Assembly: GCA_964500725.1 (NCBI GenBank)
Contig: CAZCNP010000001.1
Location: 321,520 to 385,519 of the forward strand
DNA length: 64,000 bases
Source: an uncultured Gammaproteobacteria bacterium
GTDB lineage: Bacteria > Patescibacteriota > Microgenomatia > Daviesbacterales > UBA10151
Direction of reading: 5' to 3'
How positions within the stretch are numbered: position 1 is the stretch's first letter; every line of letters starts with the position of its first letter. The notes beneath the pieces are model-generated. The model was not told where the DNA came from and made no database searches. It saw only the letters and a program-made list of their open reading frames with translations. Below, one piece after another: positions 19,401 through 31,400 of this stretch. Position numbers and translations under genes: made by a program.

Positions 19401-22400
19401 TACTGGCAATGTTGGTATTTCAAACTCTGCCCCATCATTTACTTTGGATGTAGTAGGCACTGGCAGATTTTCTTCTGATCTAACTGTTTCTGGAACTACC
19501 TTCTCTGCCTCATCAGCTGCTGGATCATTTGATTCCTTAACAGTAGGAGGAGGTTATGGATCAACAGGAGTATCAATCTCCAATGCTGGAGTAATCCAGG
19601 CTAATGGAGCTTTAACTGCTGATGGACTGATTACTGGTTCAACAGGTTTAACTATTACTGGAGGTGTAGTTTCTTTGAATGCTTCCTCAAATAATGCTGT
19701 CAATATAAACACAGGATCATCTACAGGTGCTTTAACATTAGGAGGAGGATCTGGAACTGTGGAAGTGGCTTCCACCAGCTGGGATATTTCTACTTTAGGA
19801 GCTATCTCTGGTGTCACTGGTATTACTACCTCAGGAGGATATACCCAATCTGGTACTTCCGAGAACCTCTTTACTGGTAATGTGGGTATAGGAGTATCTG
19901 CTACAGGAGCTAAACTTTCTTTAAATGGCGGAGCATATATCTGGCCAATTACAACTAATATTGCTGCTCCTAATAACGGATTAGCTGTTTATGGTAGAGT
20001 GGGCATTGGTACTACCTCCCCCGCAACCAATCTCCACTTGATTGATACTTCTGGCAACACTGAGATAGCCAGGTTTACCTCCACGACCAACTCTAAGGAC
20101 TCCTATGTTCAGTTCAATACTACTTCTTCCACTTCTTCTATGGGATTGCAACTTTCTAGCACTGCTGCTAACTCAGTAGGTATGAGAATTGATGGCTCAG
20201 GAAACTTATCTTTCCATACAGGTGCAGCCAGCAGCTCAGTTATGGCTAATAATAATAAAAAGATGACTATTGATACCAATGGGAATGTGGGTATAGGCAG
20301 CAGTGCCAGCAATGGTATTAGCGCAATTCAACTTTTCCAGGTTAATGGAACCTCCTCCTCCCCATTTGTAGTTACTTCAGCTGGTAATGTTGGTATAGCT
20401 AATTCTGCCCCATCTTTTACTTTGGATGTAGTAGGTACTGGCAGGTTTTCTTCTTTACTGAATGTTTTAGGAAATGTGGGGATAGGAACATCAGGAGTAG
20501 CAGGATCAGCCCTGCAGGTTAATGGTGGAGGATTATTTGGCTGGGGAACAACTTCTACTGCTTTATCTTCTGGAGCTATCTTAGGAGTTAATGGAAATGT
20601 AGGAGTTGGGACTACTTCCCCTCTGGCTAACCTGCATGTTGTTGGACAATGTGTTGTTGGGGAAACAAAACTGAAAAGAAGAAGGAGGAAAAAAGGCAAA
20701 AATGGCAAGTGGATTGATGAATGGGAAGAGGTGGAAATCAAGGATATTAAAGAAGGCGATGAGATACTTTCCTTAAACGAGAGTACTGGTGAGTTTATTC
20801 CCAGAAAAGTTAAGGGGCTTTTGGGTATGGGAATGCAGGAGGTGTATGAAATCTTAACCGAAGAAGGTAAAACCATCCAAACCACCAAAAACCATCCTTA
20901 CCTGGTAGACCTCTCTGAAACAGCAGGTACAGCGCTTCATTTTATTCAAAAAGCCACTTTTGAATATAGCGAGAGATTAGGAAAAGAGTTTTATATTGAT
21001 CATCTTGCAGGCAAGAAAATAAAATCAAAAGCATTAAATGACACTATCAACTTTACTCATACAGGCTGGAACCACTTTACAGAAAAAAGCAGATCAATCA
21101 ATGAATTGATTACCAGATTTTTTGCTCTTCCCTATGCTATTACAGTTCTATCTCAAGCCAGCAAAGTAAAAATTCATGAGGAAAGAAAGAAACCAGATAT
21201 GGTAGTGGAATACTGGATTTTTGAAGAAATTATCGAGTATGCGTTAATCCGGGTAGTAATTTCTGCTGTGAATCATGGCCCTAAGTTTTTCTTGTCTTGT
21301 TCCTGGCTGGGGACACAGGCAGAAGGAGGAATTTTAGCCAACAAAAAAGAGCTGTCTCTCTCGCAGGCAGTTACTCCTGGTCGACGTCGGGAACTGGTTA
21401 TCCCTCAGCTCTTTACTAAGCTGTTTATACCAAAAAATGTCAAAAATGTCAAGTGGGTTGAGGTTAGAAACTTAACAGTTGGGGCTAGTATCGCCACTAT
21501 TTCAGGTTGGGAAAAGATAGTTTCCATCAAAAATATGGGTAGAAAATCTACTTTTGATATAGAGGTAGCAGGGACTCATAATTTTCTAGGCAATAATATA
21601 GTTGCCCATAATACTTTCATTACAGGTAATGTTGGTATAGGAGCTGCTTTTACCACCTCAGGTATAGTTACCCCTGCTGATGGTTTAGCAGTCCAGGGCA
21701 ATGTAGGTATAGGGACAACTACTACCAATGCTGCTTTAACAGTGATAGGAGGAATAACCAGTACTGGTAATGTGGGTATTGCTAACTCTGCTCCATCATA
21801 TACTTTGGATGTAATAGGTACTGGCAGATTCTCTTCTACTCTGCTAGCTAATACCTTCTCCTCCTCAGAGGTAACCATCACTGGTGGAACCATCAATAAC
21901 ACCAGTATTGGAGCAACTGTAACCTCAACTGGCGCTTTTACTACTCTTTCTGCCTCTGGAGCTTTGGCTGCCAATGGTGGGATTACCTTTGATAATGCTA
22001 CTGATACATTAGGAGCTTTTACTGCTGCTGGAACTATCAATATGAATGGCAATATTATTACCAATATAGGGGCAACAGATACCAGCTTTGCCACCACTGG
22101 AGCCTTAGCCATTACCTTAGATGGAGCTGATGCCAGTGGCGCTCTCTCTGTTTCCAATGCCTCTCAAACCTCAGATATCTTTGTGGCCAAAGATAACACT
22201 ACTGCTGTGTTTACCATTAAAGATGGAGGCAATGTTGGGATAGGCTTTACCTCTCCTTCAGCTTTGCTTCATCTCAGACAAACAGGATCAGGTAATGCTT
22301 TCTATGTAGAAGATCAGGCAGATGATACTTCTTCTCCTTTTGTGATCAATGCTGATGGTAATGTTGGTATAGCTAACTCTGCTCCATCATATACCTTGGA

Positions 22401-25400
22401 TGTAGTAGGAACTGGAAGAATATCTTCTGATCTGGTAGTAAATGGCACTACTTTCTCTGCCTCATCAGCTGCTGGATCATTTGATTCCTTAACAGTAGGA
22501 GGAGGTTATGGATCAACAGGAGTATCAATCTCCAATGCTGGAGTAATCCAGGCTAATGGAGCTTTAACTGCTGATGGACTGATTACTGGTTCAACAGGTT
22601 TAACTATTACTGGAGGTGTAGTTTCTTTGAATGCTTCCTCAAATAATGCTGTCAATATAAACACAGGATCATCTACAGGTGCTTTAACATTAGGAGGAGG
22701 ATCTGGAACTGTGGAAGTGGCTTCCACCAGCTGGGATATTTCTACTTTAGGAGCTATCTCTGGTGTCACTGGTATTACTACCTCAGGAGGATATACCCAA
22801 TCTGGTACTTCCGAGAACCTCTTTACTGGTAATGTGGGTATAGGAGTATCTGCTACAGGAGCTAAACTAGCCATTAATGGTGGAGCATATATCTGGCCTA
22901 CTACCACAGCTATCTCTGCTCCCAATGATGGGCTGGCTGTATATGGTAATGTTGGTATAGGAACTACTACACCTTTAGCTAACTTACATGTTGTAGGACA
23001 ATGTGTAACTGGAGATACCAGACTGAGAAGAAGGAAGAAAAAGAAGAATGGTGAGTGGTCAGATGAATATGAAGATATAGAGATTAAAGATATCCAAGCA
23101 GGAGACCAGATACTGTCCTTAAATGAAAAGACAGGGCAATTTGAACCTCACACTGTTCTCGCCCTAAAAGATATGGGAATCCACCAAACTTTTGAGTTGA
23201 TTACTGCCTCCAGGAAATCAATCAGAACAACAGCTAATCATCCATACCTTATTAAACAACAAAAAACCCGCCTTTCAGCGAGTTCTTTGACTGAGTTTAA
23301 TGCTGATGCACTATACTCGGGTCTGAGTATCAATACTCTACCACAAAATACCAATAATGTCAAGTCTATGACTGCACGAAGTGGAACTAATGTGGACCTG
23401 ACGGGAATTGAACCCGCAAACCCAGATTTCTCAGACCCGAGCGTACACCAGTACCAGGCCCACATAAAATTATTATCTCATAAATGGATTAAAGTTTCAG
23501 GGCTTAAACCAGGCATGGAAATAGCTACTATTAATGGATGGGAAAAAATAGCAGCTATTAAAAAATTTGCCAGAGAACAGGTTTTTGATATAGAAGTTGA
23601 AGGAACACATAACTTTGTAGGCAATGATATAGTTGCCCATAATACTTTTATTACAGGTAATGTTGGGATTGGGGCTGCTTTTACCACCTCAGGTATAGTT
23701 ACCCCCACTAATGGATTAGCAGTCCAGGGTAATGTTGGTATTGGGACAACTACTACTACTAATGCCTTAACTGTTGCAGGTAATGTTAATACTACTGGTA
23801 ATTTAGGAGTTGGAACATCAGCTACAGGAGGATATAACTTAACAGTACAGGGTACTACCAGTATTACTGGAGCTGCCACTTTTGGATCTACTGGTACCTT
23901 TGCCTCTACCTTAACAGCTTCCAATGGCTTAACTTTAACAACTGGAGCTTTAAATCTAACCTCTACCTCAGGACAGGCTAATCTAGCTCTAACCAATAAC
24001 ACCAACACCTTCACTGTTAATGGATTATTTGGGATAGACACTACCAATAACAGAGTTGGTATTGGAACCACTGCCCCCTCTGCAGCAAGGCTTGAAGTTA
24101 TTGGAGCAGGATCCGTGACAGGACGCACCTTCTGGGTTACTGGATCAAATCTTTCCTCAGGCCTGGCAGTACTGGATAATGGTAACGTGGGTATTGGTAT
24201 TAGTGGACCAACTGCCAGTTTGGATATTGTGGGAACCTCATATACTACTGCCTTAGATCAATCTCAAACAAGTACTAATGGATTTTATAGCTCCAGTATA
24301 CAAGCGCAATCTTTCACCCCTTCTGTTACCGGCCCTTTCATGTATGCTGATATAAAAATCCAATCAGGAGGAGGAGCTCCAGGCAATACCGCTCTTACCC
24401 TCCGCTCAGGAGAAGATGTTTCAGGTACAGTTTTGGCTACTTCAACCAGTGTTGCCAGTTTAGGCAGTGGTTGGTATCGGATTACTTTTGACAATACCCC
24501 TACTTTAACTGCCGGACAGCAATACACCATCCGCTATGATAGAACAAGTACAAACGACTGGGGAATACAAGGTGCTAATCCCTATTCTGGAGGAAGATTC
24601 TATGGCTTAGGAGCTTGGAAAACCGATGATGGTGCCTTTAAAACTTATGTCTATACAACAGATACTACACTGGCAGATGCAGTTAAAATGGCTAATAATT
24701 ACACCTCGGCAAACAGCGGGGCTGTTTTAAACATTACCACAGCTGGAATAGCTGGAAGCTATGCCTTAAGAGTTAACGATGACGGTACATTTACCGATAC
24801 CTCCCCCTTTGTTATTGATACTACTGGTAATGTTGGTATAGCTAACTCTGCTCCATCATATACCTTGGATGTAGTAGGAACTGGAAGAATATCTTCTGAT
24901 CTGGTAGTAAATGGCACTACTTTCTCTGCCTCATCAGCTGCTGGATCATTTGATTCCTTAACAGTAGGAGGAGGTTATGGATCAACAGGAGTATCAATCT
25001 CCAATGCTGGAGTAATCCAGGCTAATGGAGCTTTAACTGCTGATGGACTGATTACTGGTTCAACAGGTTTAACTATTACTGGAGGTGTAGTTTCTTTGAA
25101 TGCTTCCTCAAATAATGCTGTCAATATAAACACAGGATCATCTACAGGTGCTTTAACATTAGGAGGAGGATCTGGAACTGTGGAAGTGGCTTCCACCAGC
25201 TGGGATATTTCTACTTTAGGAGCTATCTCTGGTGTGACTACTTTGAATATGTCAGGCGCCATCACTGCTGCTACTGCCTCCAATACCATCAATGGTTTAA
25301 TTATTAACTCTGGAGCATTATCTGGTGTCACTGGTATTACTACCTCAGGAGGATATACCCAATCTGGTACTTCCGAGAACCTCTTTACTGGTAATGTGGG

Positions 25401-28400
25401 TATAGGAGTATCTGCTACAGGAGCTAAACTTTCTTTAAATGGCGGAGCATATATCTGGCCAATTACAACTAATATTGCTGCTCCTGATAATGGCTTGGCT
25501 GTATATGGCAATGTGGGTATTGGTACTACTACTACCAATGCTGCTTTAACAGTGATAGGAGGAATAACCAGTACTGGTAATGTGGGTATTGCTAACTCTG
25601 CTCCATCATATACTTTGGATGTAATAGGTACTGGCAGATTCTCTTCTACTCTGCTAGCTAATACCTTCTCATCATCAGATGTAACAATCACAGGAGGAAC
25701 TATTAATGACACTACTATTGGAGCAACTATTACCTCAACTGGAGCTTTTACCACTTTAACTTCATCAGGTAATACCACCTTGGGTACAGGAGCATCATCT
25801 GTCAATACCATTGGTTCAACCACTACTCCAGGAACTCTAACCCTGCATGGAGCCACTACTTTGGACAATACCTTCACTGTTTCAGGAGCCAATCTCACTT
25901 CTTTGGGTGGGAACTTATCTTTTACTGGCACTGCTCCATCTTTAACTTCTGGATCATCAGTACTAGGAATATTTGCTGGAGGTAATGTAGGAATTGGGAC
26001 TACTTCTGCCATGGCCTCCTCTTTTAATGTTAATGGCAATCAGGTTATTGGTTCATCTTTCATTGGAGGTGCTGCCCCCACTAATGGATTAGCAGTCCAG
26101 GGTAATGTTGGTATTGGGACAACTACTACTACTAATGCCTTAACTGTTGCAGGTAATGTTAATACTACTGGTAATTTAGGAGTTGGAACATCAGCTACAG
26201 GAGGATATAACTTAACAGTACAGGGTACTACCAGTATTACTGGAGCTGCCACTTTTGGATCTACTGGTACCTTTGCCTCTACCTTAACAGCTTCCAATGG
26301 CTTAACTTTAACAACTGGAGCTTTAAATCTAACCTCTACCTCAGGACAGGCTAATCTAGCTCTAACCAATAACACCAACACCTTCACTGTTAATGGATTA
26401 TTTGGGATAGACACTACCAATAACAGAGTTGGTATTGGAACCACTGCCCCCTCTGCAGCAAGGCTTGAAGTTATTGGAGCAGGATCCGTGACAGGACGCA
26501 CCTTCTGGGTTACTGGATCAAATCTTTCCTCAGGCCTGGCAGTACTGGATAATGGTAACGTGGGTATTGGTATTAGTGGACCAACTGCCAGTTTGGATAT
26601 TGTGGGAACCTCATATACTACTGCCTTAGATCAATCTCAAACAAGTACTAATGGATTTTATAGCTCCAGTATACAAGCGCAATCTTTCACCCCTTCTGTT
26701 ACCGGCCCTTTCATGTATGCTGATATAAAAATCCAATCAGGAGGAGGAGCTCCAGGCAATACCGCTCTTACCCTCCGCTCAGGAGAAGATGTTTCAGGTA
26801 CAGTTTTGGCTACTTCAACCAGTGTTGCCAGTTTAGGCAGTGGTTGGTATCGGATTACTTTTGACAATACCCCTACTTTAACTGCCGGACAGCAATACAC
26901 CATCCGCTATGATAGAACAAGTACAAACGACTGGGGAATACAAGGTGCTAATCCCTATTCTGGAGGAAGATTCTATGGCTTAGGAGCTTGGAAAACCGAT
27001 GATGGTGCCTTTAAAACTTATGTCTATACAACAGATACTACACTGGCAGATGCAGTTAAAATGGCTAATAATTACACCTCGGCAAACAGCGGGGCTGTTT
27101 TAAACATTACCACAGCTGGAATAGCTGGAAGCTATGCCTTAAGAGTTAACGATGACGGTACATTTACCGATACCTCCCCCTTTGTTATTGATACTACTGG
27201 TAATGTTGGTATAGCTAACTCTGCTCCATCATATACCTTGGATGTAGTAGGAACTGGAAGAATATCTTCTAATCTAACAATAGGTGGATCATTAACTTCT
27301 ACTGGTAACCTACTTCCTTCAGCTGATGATACTTATGATTTAGGTTCTTCTTCTGCCAGATGGCAAGATCTCTATGTTGGCCCCACATCCTTAAATCTAG
27401 TTTGTACTGCAGGAGAATGTGGTACAGCCAGAACTTGGAATATTGGTGTTCAGGAATCTTCTGGAGTAGCAGCTGCCCAAGGTAATTTAAGGATTGGGCT
27501 TTCTTCCAGTAGAGACTTTCTCAATATTAACACCTCTGGAAATTTAGGAATTGGGACCAGTAATCCAGGAAACCTTTTGACTGTTTCAGGAGGCAATATT
27601 GAAATTTCCAGCGCTTCTCCACAGTTGATTTGGACAGACACCACAGCTGGTCAGGATGCTTTTGGAGCTATAGCCAACAGCGATTACTTAGAATTTATGT
27701 CCGGAGGCACCAGAAATATTTTAGTCTTGGCTGGTGCAACCCACGCAAATGCAGGTAATGTGGGGATTGGAACAGCAACTCCTGCCTTTAAACTGGATGT
27801 TAATGGTGGCATCAATTCAGGTACATCTGCTGGATATTCTGTTGGATCGTGGCTTGGTATGTCTTATGCAGCAAATGGAGCAAGTTATAACTTAAACTTA
27901 GGTGGTATTAATGCCTCTACCTGGGTGGGACTAGGTCTTTTCACTTCTGGCACAGAAAAGGTCAGAATCGATACAAATGGCGCACTATATTCAGGCAATA
28001 TTGGTACCTCTATTGCTAATGCTAATTTATTTGTCTCAGGGGCTACCTCTGGAAATGTTGGTATCGGCACTACAACTCCAAATACCAGACTGGATGTTAT
28101 AGGTAATGGGACTTATGCTGCTGATTTCATGAATGGAAGTGTGGGAATTGGAACTAGCAGCCCTCAAGCTACCCTTCATGTAGCTTCTGCCTTTACTGCA
28201 GTTTCAGATACTGGCAGCACTGGTGGTAACTTAATTATTCAAGGAACTGATACTACCAGGGATCCAACTCATGGGGCTGCTTTAAGCTTCTATCTTCCAG
28301 CTACTACAGCAGGAGGAAATCCTTATGTTCAAGCCAGAATTATAGGAGCACCAGATAATAGTTCTAATAATAATACTTCTGGAAGATTAATTTTCCAGAC

Positions 28401-31400
28401 TAGAAATAATACCAGCGCCTCTTTCAATAATGCCATGATGATAGATTCAAATGGAAATGTTGGCATTGGCACAACTGGGCCTAATGCTAAACTGGATGTG
28501 ATTGGTGGAATCAGGGTTACTAATACGAGCAGCACCAATGCTCTTGTGTTTGGTCTTGCAAATAGCAATCATTACCTCAAGCTCTACGCAGATACAGACA
28601 CTGGTATCAGCTACATTAAGAACTTATCTAACTATGATATTAGACTGGGACATGCAAGCAGTGATGATGTAATAATCAACTCTGCTGGTAATGTAGGTAT
28701 AGCAAACTCTGCTCCAAGTTATACCCTGGATGTTATAGGTACAGGCAGATTCTCTTCTGACCTTACTGTTGGAGGAAACTTAACTGTCTCTGGCACTACT
28801 TTTTCTGCCTCAGGAGCTGCAGGATCTTTTGATTCTTTAACAGTTGGTGGAGGTTATGGATCAACTGGAGTAACTATTTCCAATGCTGGGGTAATCCAAG
28901 CCAATGGGACTTTAACTGTTGATTCTACCTCTACTTTAACAGGAGCTGTCAGTATTGGAGCTTCCAATGCTGCTTTAACATTTACTGGTACTACTCCATC
29001 AATCACTTCTGGTTCCTCTGTCTTTGGAATCTTTGCTGGGGGGAATGTGGGAATAGGGACCACCTCTACCATGGGGTCAACTTTGAATGTTTCAGGTAAT
29101 CAGGTTATTGGTTCATCTTTCATTGGTGGAGCTGCTCCACAAAATGGATTAGGGATTCAGGGTAATGTTGGTATAGGCACTACTACTGCTACCTCTTATA
29201 ATCTTCAAGTTGTAGGGACTATTGGTTCAACCAGTGGTATTACTATAGATGCTGGAGCAGGCAGCTCTAATGCAACTCTTACTCTCGCAGGAAGAAATTC
29301 TGGGACAGCCCATTCTGCTTCTGTTTTCTCCAATTTTAACGGAGGCCTTAATCTAAAACCAGCCACAACTGGCAGTGATATTAATGTCTATCTTTGGAAT
29401 AATGCCACAGCTTCTACCTCCAATACCATGCCTTTAAACTTTGATTTAAATGCTACCACAGATGGTAAAACTACTTTTGCTCAAATCATGGGTCTTTCTA
29501 CTGATATTACCTCGGGAGCTGCCTCTGGAGCTTTATCTTTCTACACCAAAAATACTGGATCCTTGAAGGAAAGAATGAGGATAGATCTAAACGGTAACGT
29601 TGGTATTGGTACTTCTGCTCCATTTACTGCATTAACAGGAGCCTTCCAAGTAGCACCAGTTTCTGCCCCTGCTGCTTTCTTTGTAGGAAGTACAGGTAAT
29701 GTTGGGATAGGGACTACTGCCCCTACTAACAACTTATCAGTTATAGGCAATGTTAATACCACTGGTAATTTGGGAGTAGGGACATCTGCCACAGGTGGAT
29801 ATAACCTAACAGTAAATGGAACTGCTAGAATCTCAGGAAATATAGGTATAGGTGGTACTGCTACCTTCAGTAATCCAACTATCTTTAACAATGGTATTAC
29901 CAATAATGGAGTCTTTTCTCAGACAGGACAATTCCTAGCAGGAGATGGATCAGCTGCAGCTCCTTCGTATTCCTTCACCAGTTCCACTGGAGCAGGCCTC
30001 TGGTCACCATCTTCTAACAATATTGCCCTAACTACTGGAACTCCTACTACAACTGGTACCATTAAAGGAATCTCTGTTGATTCCTCTGGTAATGTAGGAA
30101 TTGGGACTTCTAATCCAGCAGGGCTTTTGGACATTGTTAAATTAGGAAATGATAACCCAATCTATATAGATCGATATAGTACAAACAATGGCCATGTTCC
30201 CACAATCCAATTCCGCACCAGCCAACAAAACAGTCTAGGCAACACTGCCACCACTATTAGCAACATGTATGGAAGACTTGAATGGTATGGGAATGATGGT
30301 AACGGCTTCCAAAGGGCTGCCTATATTCAAGCACAGCAGGGTTCAAGTACTGCAACTGATGCTGACTTAACAATATCTACAGGTGCAAGCGGAACAATTT
30401 TCATGGAAGGGAGTTCTGGCAATGTTGGTATTAACAATGCTGCTCCTGTGGCTAAATTACATTTAACAGGAGCTGGGATTACCACTGGAGTTAACTTCCT
30501 CTCCACAGGAGCTGGTGGAGGTGGAGGTCTAGTAGGTATTTTAGATAATGGCAATGTTGGAATAGGGACAACTGCACCAGGACAGAAACTGGATGTGGTT
30601 GGTACTATTAAATTTGGTTCCGGGGGTTATTACTCTTTGGGCACAGATCCTACCCGACTGGAAATAAGAAATGCCGCCAACGATTCCATCGCTCTTTATA
30701 CGAACGGTACGCGCGGCTTACTTATGACTGGGTCTCAAAAAGTCACAGTTGGAGGAGATATTTCTGGTGGTAATAGTTTATTCAATGTTCAAGGTGGTAC
30801 AGCAATTGGGTCAAGTTATTACCTGGCGACAGCTCCTACCAACGGCCTATTAGTTGAAGGTAATGTTGGTATTGGTACCACCAGCCCGATCACTAAATTA
30901 GATGTTAGCGGTGGAGTTGGAGACACTTCATCTACTGATCCTCAATTCTCTCTTTCCAGATGGTCTTCAACTGGTAATAACGAAGTAGTCAAATTTAGAT
31001 TAATGGAGCAAGCTTCAGGTGGCACTAACTTTGGGGTATTTACCATCCAAACCAAGAGTACAGCCTCTGCAGCAGAAAGCGATAGTTACTACACTAATGC
31101 TTTCTCAATCACTGCAGCTGGAAATGTTGGTATTGGTACCACTGGACCAGCTGTTAAGCTTGATGTTGTTGGTGGAGGAAACTATGTTGACGGTTTGAGA
31201 TTAAGATATTCTGCCTTAACTAACGGATGGAACTTTGCTCAGGGGACTGGCGGACAACTTTATTTTGGTTATGGCTCTGCTGCTTCACCAACAACCATGA
31301 TGCTGATAGATACCAATGGCAATGTTGGTATTAATAATGCTGCTCCTGTGGCTAAACTTCATTTAACTGGAGCAGGAACAACTACTGGGGTTAATTTCCT

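Larger units (their letters stand above)
19501..25235 (+). repeat. Dispersed perfect repeats of ~410 bp inside the giant ORF (19501..19915 = 22453..22867; 22357..22766 = 24826..25235)
   Basis: Identical nucleotide runs encoding FSASSAAGSFDSLTVGGGYGSTGVSISNAGVIQANGALTADGLITGSTGLTITGGVVSLNASSNNAVNINTGSSTGALTLGGGSGTVEVASTSWDISTLGAISGV. Confidence 0.8.

Noticed and set aside
19501-27270. Considered whether the regularly spaced repeats could be a CRISPR array
   Set aside because: The repeats are 0.4-1.2 kb long, lie inside one protein-coding frame, and have no short unique spacers and no cas genes nearby.
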